From assembly GCA_963836185.1 (NCBI GenBank), contig CAWIIQ010000003.1, forward strand, positions 224,001 through 288,000: a stretch of 64,000 bases of DNA. Reading direction: 5' to 3'. Positions 54,645 through 64,000 of this stretch are shown piece after piece (the stretch's first letter is position 1; the number at the start of each line of letters is the position of its first letter). Both the position numbers and the translations under genes were made by a program. The notes below the pieces were generated by a model, which did not search any database, was not told the DNA's origin, and saw only the letters and a list, made by a program, of their open reading frames with translations. The DNA is from Candidatus Krumholzibacteriia bacterium (GTDB taxonomy: Bacteria; Krumholzibacteriota; Krumholzibacteriia; Krumholzibacteriales; Krumholzibacteriaceae).

Positions 54645-56043
54645 CCGGACCCCCGCAGCCGGATAGCGAAGATCCCGGTATATCATTATCGGGGAGAACG
54701 CGAACCGTGCAGTGTCGCTATTCTTGGTATATAGATATATTCCCCAGCTTCGCGGCGGCCACCAGGAGATTATCCGGACGGTTTCAGGTGTATCCGTATA
54801 TGTAAAGCGCGAGGTTGTTATGCTGACGGATCTGCCGTACGGCCTTACCTCTATCCTGTCCGCCTCTTCGACCAGAAGTGTGAGGTATTCGAAGAGCTGC
54901 GCGTTCCAGTTTGTCGAAGCGGCGACATCCTCCCACACGGTCCCTCCGCCGTCGCGTCTCCTGTGTCCCGTATCGTTCCTGCCGATAAATCCCGGGTATG
55001 ATCCGTTGGCGTATACCCGGCTCAGTATCGACTCGATCGTGTCATAAGGAATCTCCCCGATCTCATACAGACCCGTCAAGCGCCATTCCGGCGCCGGCTA
55101 TGAACTGCGGGTTCTTCTCTACGCGCCCGGTCTTTGTCGTGTGATAGAAGAGGCGCGTGTCGGGGTCCCGCATGGCGAGGATATATTCGCTCTGCGCCCT
55201 TGCTATTTCGTCGAAACGCTCATCCTTCGTGATCGCGCCGAGGCAGAGGAAGCCTCCCAGCGACAGGCCCGTGTAGAGAGTGACATAATTATCGGGGTCC
55301 CGCTGCGATCCGGTAAACTGGTACGGCATCCCTCCGGGAGCCATCCATTCCGACCGGGGGTCCCCGGCGACTGTCGTACGGCCCTCGAGGATCGTATCGT
55401 TGTATTTATGTGACTGCTCCCAACGAGCCAGGAGCCATTCACCGATTCGAAGCATGATGTCATGATAGAGGGGATCATCGGTCAGCAGGTGAAGCAAGAG
55501 CAGCGCTTCGACAGCGACCATGTTGAAGTTGACGATGAACCGGTCCTCGCCGGGGCTGTAGAAATCGGTCCCGGACACCTTGAATGCGCCCTCGGACTCG
55601 ACCCACAGGGAATCGAGCCAGTAGTGCCGGACATGGTCGATGGCCAGGCGCAGGTATCTTCCTTTCCTTTTTTCGTCCAGGAGATCGTAGACCGACAGGA
55701 GGGCGCGGATCGCGAGAGCGCAGCTGACGAGCGACTGGAAACGGTCGTCCTCGTGTCCCGTATTTCTGATCCTGCCCGTCTCCGGATCGTACCGGCTCAC
55801 GAGCAGGTCGGCCGCCTCTGTCATTGCCTTGAGCCATCGCGGGTCCCCGCCTCTACGGTAAAGGTTGGCGTATCCGCGGATCATCGCCGACTGGGTCCAC
55901 GCAGTGTCATGGACCCGCCCCATCCGTTTTGTCTCGGTGCGATGCACGACAAAGCCGTTGTAGGCCCCGCTTTCGTCCCGCCAGGTCTCCAGCCAGCCGA
56001 TAAGGCCTCCAAGAGCGCCGCGTATCGTTTCCTGGTCAATCAT
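54641..56043 (-). CDS. Hypothetical (alpha/alpha)6-barrel-like sugar-modifying protein (frameshifts about 55075 and 54670)
   Basis: Helical repeats with W/Y-rich loops (WLETWRDESGAY, WL.A...AAD.L); continues into ORF 54462..55079; ATGA overlap with the FrhB-like start. Confidence 0.5.
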
Positions 56044-58024
56044 CGTCTTCCATTTCCATTCCGCAGGAGATCGCGCCGACGACATCCATAACCATGGCTG
56101 CCTGCGCCGCTCCCGTTTCGGGATCTTTGCCGCGTTCGATACAATCGGCGAACTCGATGAACTGATCCACGCTTCCCGCTCTGCCTCGCGGACTAACGCT
56201 TTCCGGCCTTGAACCTTTGCGCTCGATACGCACAATCTTTCCGTCCGAAGTCAGTTTCCCGTCATCGAACTGGATCTCAATACGCAGATATTTCGGGGAC
56301 GAGAAGCTGGTCGACACGGCGGCATGGATATCGTTTTGAAAAGTCATCATAACGCAGCCCCACTCGAGGCCGCTCGAGACTGCCGGTATATTTTCCGACC
56401 AGCTTTCAGTATCGAGAGGGGGACCGAAGAGGTATATAAGCACATCGATGATATGCGCGCCGAGCTGCTCCATGCTTCCGCCGGGACATGACCCGGCGTC
56501 ACGCCGCCAGTCATCACGGGCGCGGCGGTCCAGGGTGTAGACTGCCTGGGCGTTGAGCGGCCGTCCCAGGGAACCGCCTTCCACGATACGCTTTATCTCG
56601 CGAAAGACAGGCTCGCGGCGCATCTGGTGACCGACCTGAAGGATGACCCCTCTTGTACCGCAGTACGCTCCGAGCTCCCGGCAGACCTCCGCGTAGACGG
56701 CCAGCGGCTTTTCCATGAAGATGTGTTTTCCCGAATCGGCAGCGGCCCTCACCACCTCGGCGTGAAACTGGTTCGGGATGGTCGCGGCAATCGCCCGTAT
56801 ATCCGGATCTTCCAGCATCTCTTCGATCCTGTCGTAGCGGTTCGTCCCGTACCTGCCGGCAAACCGTTCTGCTGCCTGTGAACGCTGGTCGAAGACGCCG
56901 ATGATATTGAACCGCCTGCTCCGCATAATATTGGCAGCGTTCGTAGAGCCCCATCCGCCTACTCCGATCAGGCCGATCCCTGTCGGACCGCGGTCAGCCT
57001 TCAGGGTAAGCCTGTTATACGCCACCCTTAACAGTTCCGCCGGTGTGACCCGTTTCTTCTTTGCCGTCTTTGTGCTCCCGGGCTTTGTTGCCGACATGCT
57101 CTCTTCCAGGCCCTCCTCCAGGCCGATGGCAGGCGTCCATCCGGTCCGGGACCGCAGCTTTTCCGTACTGTAGAGCAGGCGCCGTGTCTGGAAATAGTAT
57201 TCCGCCCTGATGAGTTTACAGGAGACCTCGGCCCTTCTGCCGAACACTATCCGGGCGATGCTTCGAACTGTCCACATCAGCCAGAACCCGAGCCTGCCGA
57301 TTCGGCGGGGCGCTTTCCGGATAATGCCGAGCTTCATCTTGAGAGTGTAAAGGTCCCTCAGTGCCGGTTGCTCATCGTCGACTACGAGGAAGACACCCTT
57401 TTCCTCCCGGCCGGCCGTTCCGACGAGAGCGTTCGCGAAGCTGTCGATATGGACGAGGGGGATCCGCTGTCCGGGATCTACAACCGGGGGGCTTGAAGAG
57501 GAAAGAGATTTCCTTCCGTAGATCAATCCGGGGCGCAGTATCAAGAGGCGGACAGGGCCGTTCTCCGCACGCTCCTGAAGCGCCTTCTCCGCGGCGAGCT
57601 TGCTTCGTCCGTAGAGATCCCCTTCGGCATGGCATGGCGGGGACGATTCATCGAGAGGGGCGCTCGAGGGCCTCGGCATGTATCCCGTCGAGGCGACGCT
57701 GCTCACATATACGAAGCAGCCCGCTCCCCCCGCCGAAGCCTGGTCGAAGAGGGAAAGGGACCAGTCCCTGTTTATCTTGAGGTAGGAGTCGAGAGAGCCG
57801 CTGTTCCCGACCATTCCGGCGCAGTGCACGAGGATCTCTCCGCCTGACAGTATCGAGGGGAGGTCGTCGTATGTGCCGCAGTCTATCCCCGCTTCCGTGA
57901 GCCGGGCCAGGGATCTGCCGGCGCGGGCCAGCCCCGTCACACTTTCGCCCCGTTCATGCAGTATTCCGCACAGCTGCCCGCCGAGATAGCCGTTCGCTCC
58001 AGTTATGATCCATCGTCTGCTCAT
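56036..58024 (-). CDS. Extended SDR epimerase/dehydratase fused to Gfo/Idh/MocA oxidoreductase
   Basis: ITGANGYLG, YGRSK, LRPGLIYG; then IGLIGVGGWG, H.E....A..GKHIFMEKP. Confidence 0.8.
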   Translation of the reverse strand: MSRRWIITGANGYLGGQLCGILHERGESVTGLARAGRSLARLTEAGIDCGTYDDLPSILSGGEILVHCAGMVGNSGSLDSYLKINRDWSLSLFDQASAGGAGCFVYVSSVASTGYMPRPSSAPLDESSPPCHAEGDLYGRSKLAAEKALQERAENGPVRLLILRPGLIYGRKSLSSSSPPVVDPGQRIPLVHIDSFANALVGTAGREEKGVFLVVDDEQPALRDLYTLKMKLGIIRKAPRRIGRLGFWLMWTVRSIARIVFGRRAEVSCKLIRAEYYFQTRRLLYSTEKLRSRTGWTPAIGLEEGLEESMSATKPGSTKTAKKKRVTPAELLRVAYNRLTLKADRGPTGIGLIGVGGWGSTNAANIMRSRRFNIIGVFDQRSQAAERFAGRYGTNRYDRIEEMLEDPDIRAIAATIPNQFHAEVVRAAADSGKHIFMEKPLAVYAEVCRELGAYCGTRGVILQVGHQMRREPVFREIKRIVEGGSLGRPLNAQAVYTLDRRARDDWRRDAGSCPGGSMEQLGAHIIDVLIYLFGPPLDTESWSENIPAVSSGLEWGCVMMTFQNDIHAAVSTSFSSPKYLRIEIQFDDGKLTSDGKIVRIERKGSRPESVSPRGRAGSVDQFIEFADCIERGKDPETGAAQAAMVMDVVGAISCGMEMEDDD

Positions 58025-59217
58025 GAATCCTTCGAAAGGCCCAGCGCTTCGGAGACAAAGCGCTTCCACGAGAATCTGTCGACAGCATATTCGCGGCAGT
58101 GCCGTGACATCTTCGCGTAGCCGTCGTCATCGAGAGAAAGAATGGAATCGATACCTTCAGCGAGGGCTCCGGCGCTGACATCCCTGACCACCGTTCCTGT
58201 CTCTCCGTTCTGGATGATCTCACTTGTCGCTGTCAGCACACGGCGTCCGTCACCGCCGAACCCGACAGCCGGCGTTCCCGAGGCGAGGGACTCCAGATAT
58301 ACCTGGCCGAACGATTCGATAGTCGTAGGGAGGACGCAGACTCGGCTCATAGCGTAGAAACCGGGAAGCATCTCCTCGTGGGTCCCGGCGAATACGGCCC
58401 TGTCGGACATGCCGATCCTGCGCGCGTATGATTCAAGTCGATCCTTGTCCCGCCCGCTTCCTGCCAGGACAAGCTTCGCCTTGTTGCCCAGAGCCAAGAC
58501 GGCGTCCATCAGCATAGGAATATGCTTGGCGCTTGAGAGCCGGCCGACATAGAGGACAAGCGGCTCGGAACGGCTGAGTCCGTAGTCATCTTCTATCGTT
58601 TTGAAATAACGTTCGCCATTTTCAGGAGAGAAGATCCCGCTGTCCACTCCGGGGCGGATCAACCGGCCCCTGCCGCCGAGCTGCTTCCGCAAGTTTTCGC
58701 TGAAGACTACAGGGGTGCACAGATCGAGAAGCTCCCTTTCGATCCGGGAGGAGACGATAAAGGCGGAGGGCCAGAGGCCGAGAAGCATCAGCCGCCGGCG
58801 TACCGGCAGCCCTCTGGTCATCAGAAAACTTCCCCGGCAGTTCATTCTCGCCGTTGTCGGGAAGATCTGAAGGAGGGGCCCGTCATAACCACCTCTTCGG
58901 AGCCCGAGGCCGACCGAGGCGTTCCGGCACCAGACCGCGTCGGGCCGGAAATCGCCAAGCACTGCCGGGATCCCCTCCCGCGCCGCTTCGACACGATTTC
59001 GGTACTGACGGTGGGGCCATCTCGAGCTCTCGCAGGGATGACGGACTATCGTGATCCCTTCATGGTCCATCCGGAGCGGTTCAGCGGGGAGGAACTGAAG
59101 GCAGAATATCCTGACTTCATGGCCCTGCGAGACAAGCTCCCGCCCGATATAACGCAGCGAGTTCTCGACGCCGCCGATATATGGATACGCTGTCGTATTT
59201 GCTAGCAGTATTCGCAT
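58021..59217 (-). CDS. Glycosyltransferase family 4
   Basis: GGVEN, YVGRL...K, ESFGQVYLES. Confidence 0.9.
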   Translation of the reverse strand: MRILLANTTAYPYIGGVENSLRYIGRELVSQGHEVRIFCLQFLPAEPLRMDHEGITIVRHPCESSRWPHRQYRNRVEAAREGIPAVLGDFRPDAVWCRNASVGLGLRRGGYDGPLLQIFPTTARMNCRGSFLMTRGLPVRRRLMLLGLWPSAFIVSSRIERELLDLCTPVVFSENLRKQLGGRGRLIRPGVDSGIFSPENGERYFKTIEDDYGLSRSEPLVLYVGRLSSAKHIPMLMDAVLALGNKAKLVLAGSGRDKDRLESYARRIGMSDRAVFAGTHEEMLPGFYAMSRVCVLPTTIESFGQVYLESLASGTPAVGFGGDGRRVLTATSEIIQNGETGTVVRDVSAGALAEGIDSILSLDDDGYAKMSRHCREYAVDRFSWKRFVSEALGLSKDS

Positions 59218-59372
59218 GGCAGAACCTGAACTCGTTGGAAATTAAATAATTCGGCATTCAGCGGTTCCATGATAAGTAAACGGTATATTCCTATCAATGG
59301 AAAACGGGATAGGTGATAATAGAAAAGTCCCGGTCCCGAACGATCCCATTTTCACGCATACAGAGGCTCATT

Positions 59373-61064
59373 ATGAGACCTGGTCGGAAGATATCACTGA
59401 TACTCCTGCTCTTTTTCCCGGGTGCCGTAACAGCGGCTGCTGTCTGCGCCCAGACGGCACCGGTATTGCCGCACAGGTGGGTCTTCTCGTCCGGGTACGG
59501 ACGGACCCGCGATGACGTGACAGAGATAAAGGCTCTCATCGATACTGCTGCGGCCCACGGGCTCAACGGCATTGTCCTGTCTTCCTTCGGCCTCGATGAA
59601 CTCTCCCGTTGGCAGGATGAGGACATCGCTCTTCTCGAGGAAATTCGATCCCAGTGCTCGGAAAGGAATATCGAACTGATACCGATCGGTTTCTCGGCAG
59701 GGTATGGTGACGGCGCGCTGAGATACAATCGTGACTTCGCGGCGGCGTTACCCGTGACTTTCGACCTTGTGGCCGGCGGCGGCAAAGTGGTTCAGGTTCT
59801 CCGGGAAGGGAACCTGATCAGGAACGGGGGCCTGGAAAAACATCATGGAGATCGTTTCGACGACTTTCTCTTTCACGATCAGCCGGGAGAGGTGTCGTTT
59901 GTCGACAGGGAAGTCGCCTTCTCCGGAAGCGCATCCATTCGAATGGAGGACTTTCGGGCAAATGAGCATGGTCTCGCGCGCATCATGCAGGAGGTCGAGG
60001 TAAAACCGGGATGCTCGTACCGGTTTTCAGTGAGGATAAAAACGAGGGATGTCCACCCGGTTTCGGGAGTCAGGCTCCTTGTCCTCGACGACAAGGGGGC
60101 TACGCTGATGATCATGCCGACCGATGTCGCTCCCACTCAGGACTGGACAGAGTCCTCCGCCGAATTCACGAGTTATTCAGACAAGAAGATCCGCGTCTAC
60201 GCGGGGGTCTGGAGAGGGACATCGGGTACTATCTGGTTGGACGATCTCGATCTGCGGCAGGTCGGTTCTCTCTCCGGGATCGTTCGAAGAGACGGCACCC
60301 CGATAGAGCTCAGAAGCAGGGACAGGGAGATGACATTCATCGAAGGGACGGATTATATGCCGGTGGAGAATCTGCCGGACCTCGATCGCATCGAACTGAC
60401 CTCCGGCACGAGGATCAGGGAAGGTGAGAATCTGGCCCTGTCCTGCTACAGGATTCCCTTCGTCAATAAGGCCCGGAGCAGGCAGACAAGTCTCTGCATG
60501 TCTAACCCGGAATTATATATCTGGTGGGAAGCCCAGGCCCGAACCCTCTACGAGTTGACCGGATTCAAAAAATTCCTGTTGTCCATGGACGAGATCCGTA
60601 ACGGGGGAGGATGTGAACTGTGCAGGCAGAGCGGCAGGTCCATGGCTCAGATTCTGGGAGAATGCGTCACAAGGCAGTACGGGATATTGAAGGAGATCGA
60701 TCCAGAGATCGAAGTGTTCATCTGGTCAGACATGCTCGATCCCGGGCACAACGCTCACGATAACTACTATGGTGTCGTCGGGGACTTTACGGGGAGCTGG
60801 GAGTATGTGCCTGATGACCTGGTGATCGTGTGCTGGTATCACGAGAAAAGAGACAGCTCCCTCGAGTTCTTCTCGAAACGGGGGTTTCGGACTGTCGGCG
60901 CGGCGTACTATGACGCTGACGATCTTGTCAGTTCGGGCGAATGGCTCGTGTCGCTGCACTATACACCCGGCGCGGCGGGGATTATCTACACGTCATGGAG
61001 GAAACGATACGGCCTCCTTGCGGACTTCGGGGACATGGTCTCGGGAACGGACGTTAAGAGATAG
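59373..61064 (+). CDS. Secreted GH20-like TIM-barrel glycoside hydrolase with inserted CBM4/9-like domain
   Basis: Signal peptide; NLIRNGGLE...IWLDD insert; LCMSNP, SMDE, IWSDM, VCWY. Confidence 0.6.
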   Translation: MRPGRKISLILLLFFPGAVTAAAVCAQTAPVLPHRWVFSSGYGRTRDDVTEIKALIDTAAAHGLNGIVLSSFGLDELSRWQDEDIALLEEIRSQCSERNIELIPIGFSAGYGDGALRYNRDFAAALPVTFDLVAGGGKVVQVLREGNLIRNGGLEKHHGDRFDDFLFHDQPGEVSFVDREVAFSGSASIRMEDFRANEHGLARIMQEVEVKPGCSYRFSVRIKTRDVHPVSGVRLLVLDDKGATLMIMPTDVAPTQDWTESSAEFTSYSDKKIRVYAGVWRGTSGTIWLDDLDLRQVGSLSGIVRRDGTPIELRSRDREMTFIEGTDYMPVENLPDLDRIELTSGTRIREGENLALSCYRIPFVNKARSRQTSLCMSNPELYIWWEAQARTLYELTGFKKFLLSMDEIRNGGGCELCRQSGRSMAQILGECVTRQYGILKEIDPEIEVFIWSDMLDPGHNAHDNYYGVVGDFTGSWEYVPDDLVIVCWYHEKRDSSLEFFSKRGFRTVGAAYYDADDLVSSGEWLVSLHYTPGAAGIIYTSWRKRYGLLADFGDMVSGTDVKR

Positions 61065-61088
61065 CCTGGACCGGTCGTATAGTATCAA

Positions 61089-61119
61089 AAAGAGCCCGGG
61101 CCGCCGGCCCGGGCTCTCT
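61089..61119. terminator. Bidirectional terminator
   Basis: aaaa-gagcccgggcc-gcc-ggcccgggctc. Confidence 0.8.
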
Positions 61120-61141
61120 GTCTGTCATGTCTCAAGGAGCC

Positions 61142-63493
61142 TTACTTCGCCGCCATAAACTCGGCGTAGTCCTTGACCGCTTTCCACTGTCCCTCTCCGT
61201 GGAGTTCGGCCTCCTCGAAGACCTTGTGGGCCTGGCCGCTTCCGAGGTAGTGGCCCTTGCGGAAGGCGTGTACCGTCCTGCGTCGTCCCTCTTCCGAGGT
61301 GACCCAGCGCATCATCGTCGGAAGGGTGAGCCCGGTCATCCCCATCGCCTCGAGCGCGCACTCCTCGGGGAAGATCTTGCGCTGCTCCTCTACCGGCAGC
61401 ATGTCGAAGAGCTCGGCGCTCGCTACGTAGAAGATGTTCATGTTCAGGTCCGCCTCGATGATCCTCGGGAGGACCTCCTCGACGAAGGTGTTGGTGATGC
61501 CGCTGCCCTGGAGGACCAGTGTGCCGTGGTACGGCTTCTTCGTCCGGTCGGCCCTGCGCATCGCGTAGACGCCCTTCGCCGCGGCGGTTGCGGGCGGCAT
61601 GCCTAGAGCGGCACGGTCGAAGATCTTCTCGTTCGGACGTGTCACGAACGGAGCGATCACCGCCGGCCTCTTCTGCAGGGCCGTTATGAGCATCGGGTAC
61701 ATCTCCTGGGGATCCCACGGCGTCATTGTTACCATGATGCCCTGCGGGAAGTTCTCCTGGAGGAGCTGCAGCGCCTGCGGATCGGCATGGGTCGGTCCAT
61801 CCTCGCCAGTCTTGAGCCCGGCATGGGCGCAGACGAGAAGGAAAGGATGGAAGGGCTCGCCGCAGTAGTCGTGTTTCATCTGCTGGCCGATCCCGTGGAG
61901 CCGTGCGGTGATGTGCTGAAGCGCGGCGATGAAGGCTCCATACGATGAGCCCGCTCCGATGTGGCAGCCGTAGGTCGAGATGCCGGCCATGACGCCGCCT
62001 ATCGCATCCTCGCAGATACCGCCTATCGAGAGGAGCCTTGCTCCGGGATTCGATACGGCGTTGAAGAATCCCTCCGGGAACCCTTTCGCGGCAACGTTGA
62101 TCGATGTCGAGCCGATAAGGTCGGCTGAAGCGGCGAAGATGCCGCCATTTGATTTCTTGTTGAGGTAGTTGAGCGCCTCGCCAAGAGCGGCGCGCAGCGT
62201 CTGCGAACCGCCGACTTCGTAGGTCAGTTCATCAGGGATCTCGGTCGCCGAGACGGCGTCGGTATAGATGACCTCGATATCAGGCGCGCCGTCGCGTACC
62301 TTCCTGTCTGCCTTCGTGAGATCCTCGGCAGCTTCCTTGAGGCGGTCGCCGAAGTAGCCGGCCAGCTCGGTATTGGTTTCGAGGATCTTCCTGATTTCCA
62401 TCAGGTAATCGAAGAAGTTCCCCTCGATGCTCGTCGGCGTCTTGTCGGCGCACCACTCGGGGAACGATACTCCGAACCTCTCTTCGAGCGGCTTGAGGGT
62501 GTTGCGGAACTCCTCGGAGCAGAAGTCGTGGCCCGCGCCGTGCGACTTGCGTCCCTCGATCCCGTACTTCCAGCCCTTGACCGTGCGGTAGACGATCGCT
62601 GTCGGCTGCGTGTTGACGTTCTCCATCGCGTATTTCTGCGCGGCGAGGACCTGGGCGATGTCATGGCCGTCCTCGACTGTGATGACGTTCCAGTCGTGCA
62701 GGTGGCAGAACTCGGCGGGCGTCCACTGTACGTAATCGCCAGGCTCCGCTCCGTCGCGGCATACCTTGTCCGAATCTATAGACGACTGGTTCCAGTCGAT
62801 GTGCATCATGATGTTCCACATCTGTGCCGTAGCCGCTGCGGCCATCGCCTCGGCGACTCTGCCGGGTGTCATTCCGCCTTCGCCCTCGATGACGTGGAGG
62901 AAGGGCGAATCCTTGCCATACATGTCCATCGCGCCGAATCCGAGGCCGAAGCTCGTCGTGACGCCGACGCCCGAGGCGCCTGTCGAGAGCCTGACAAACG
63001 GGGTCAGCGGGGTCGGGTGCCCGTCGAGCGGCTTCGCGTTATACTTGGCGAAAAGGGGAGTCTCCTGTGTCGGATTGCGGCGGAAGCCGAGAAGATCCTC
63101 GAGCCGCAGCTGTTTCTCCGGTCCGGGGAGCATATCGGGATGCGATACGCGGAGGCACTCGTTCCTCAGCGCCCACATCGCGTAGAGGCCCATTGCCTTG
63201 TGGCCCGCGGCGTAAGAGATTATGTCGGCACACTTCGCCTCAGGCTCGTTCATGCGGTACTTCATCATCGAGAAGAGGACGCCCTCGACGATCTTGCCCG
63301 AAGAGATGCTGCCGCCGGGATGCCCCGACTTCGGAACGAAGTTGTACAGGATCCCGCACAGCGTCCTGTATATAAGATCGAAATCATCGTACATCTTCAC
63401 CTGGTCCGCGGGAATGCCTTTGGCCTCTTTGGGGCCGATCTCGGCATAGTATCCCCTGCGGGGGGCGAAATCGAATTTCTTGGTGGAAGACAA
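61142..63493 (-). CDS. Transketolase-like TPP enzyme (783 aa)
   Basis: SGHPGG, AGH, LDGHP, GEGG...DWN, T.KG, SADL..S, GICE, GEDGPTH. Confidence 0.85.
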   Translation of the reverse strand: MSSTKKFDFAPRRGYYAEIGPKEAKGIPADQVKMYDDFDLIYRTLCGILYNFVPKSGHPGGSISSGKIVEGVLFSMMKYRMNEPEAKCADIISYAAGHKAMGLYAMWALRNECLRVSHPDMLPGPEKQLRLEDLLGFRRNPTQETPLFAKYNAKPLDGHPTPLTPFVRLSTGASGVGVTTSFGLGFGAMDMYGKDSPFLHVIEGEGGMTPGRVAEAMAAAATAQMWNIMMHIDWNQSSIDSDKVCRDGAEPGDYVQWTPAEFCHLHDWNVITVEDGHDIAQVLAAQKYAMENVNTQPTAIVYRTVKGWKYGIEGRKSHGAGHDFCSEEFRNTLKPLEERFGVSFPEWCADKTPTSIEGNFFDYLMEIRKILETNTELAGYFGDRLKEAAEDLTKADRKVRDGAPDIEVIYTDAVSATEIPDELTYEVGGSQTLRAALGEALNYLNKKSNGGIFAASADLIGSTSINVAAKGFPEGFFNAVSNPGARLLSIGGICEDAIGGVMAGISTYGCHIGAGSSYGAFIAALQHITARLHGIGQQMKHDYCGEPFHPFLLVCAHAGLKTGEDGPTHADPQALQLLQENFPQGIMVTMTPWDPQEMYPMLITALQKRPAVIAPFVTRPNEKIFDRAALGMPPATAAAKGVYAMRRADRTKKPYHGTLVLQGSGITNTFVEEVLPRIIEADLNMNIFYVASAELFDMLPVEEQRKIFPEECALEAMGMTGLTLPTMMRWVTSEEGRRRTVHAFRKGHYLGSGQAHKVFEEAELHGEGQWKAVKDYAEFMAAK

Positions 63494-63735
63494 GTGCGAG
63501 CCTCCTGTTCAGTGATTCTTCTCAGCCGGCTGCGGCGAAAAGCCTTGCCGGCACCGCATTGATTCAAATATAAACGGGAAATCAATATATATCATACGGC
63601 TCGGCGTTGTCAACCATGTCGCCCCCTGCAGGCGTATAAAACGCGGCCGTTGCAATCCGGTCCGAATCTCTTTATTCTGTAATGTGTTAAGCGCGGCGAG
63701 ATACGGCTCCCGCGTCACCTCCCGAGGAGATATAT

Positions 63736-64000
63736 TTGACGGATTTAAACATCGGCGCGGAAAGCATATTCTTCGGCCATTTCGGCATCCGTTCGGGCGA
63801 CCCCGATCTAGACATGCTCAAGGCCGTAGTCGCGAGCTATTCGGAGCTCCCTTACGAGAATGTGACCAAGATAATCCGCAAGTTCAACGAGCCTGATCCC
63901 GCCCTGCGCCTGAGGGGGCCGGAGGAGGTCATGACGGGTTTTATCGAGAAGCACACGGGAGGGACCTGCTTCTCCCTGACATGGTGTCTCGGCGCGATCC
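63736..64000 (+). CDS. Arylamine N-acetyltransferase family, partial (runs off window)
   Basis: AGGAG RBS, TTG start, LPYENVTK and GGTCF catalytic Cys motif; absent from the ORF track. Confidence 0.75.
   Translation, partial: MTDLNIGAESIFFGHFGIRSGDPDLDMLKAVVASYSELPYENVTKIIRKFNEPDPALRLRGPEEVMTGFIEKHTGGTCFSLTWCLGAI

Noticed and set aside
54462-55079. ORF appearing to end in a ferredoxin motif
   Set aside because: Chimera of two adjacent genes caused by frameshifts
1-64000. CRISPR, tRNA, rRNA, IS or prophage
   Set aside because: No repeat-spacer array, cloverleaf, transposase or integrase motifs seen

Overview
About 60% GC chromosomal window from a diderm bacterium. Three secreted proteins end in a QN(Y/N)PNPFN...KM(V/I)xLR FlgD/T9SS-type tail, which points to an FCB-related lineage such as Krumholzibacteriota (inference). 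About 40 genes; no rRNA, tRNA, CRISPR or mobile element recognised. Roughly 20 frameshifts, mostly single-base insertions, break otherwise intact genes and look like long-read assembly errors. Highlights: (1) 12.2-24.7 kb, a putative sigma54-driven four-gene DUF11 operon whose domain layout suggests a donor-strand-complemented, possibly isopeptide-crosslinked fimbria (cap/chaperone, major subunit, OmpA/beta-barrel anchor, tip adhesin). (2) 38.4-48.6 kb, a TonB-dependent receptor, three DUF4876-like lipoproteins, a beta-barrel and a beta-propeller, sharing a candidate operator and flanked by four peptidases. (3) An IscR-type box over the promoter of an Nfu gene. (4) A glycan-modification cluster with an FrhB-like Fe-S protein and an SDR-Gfo/Idh/MocA fusion. 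All family calls come from motifs read by eye, not from database searches.
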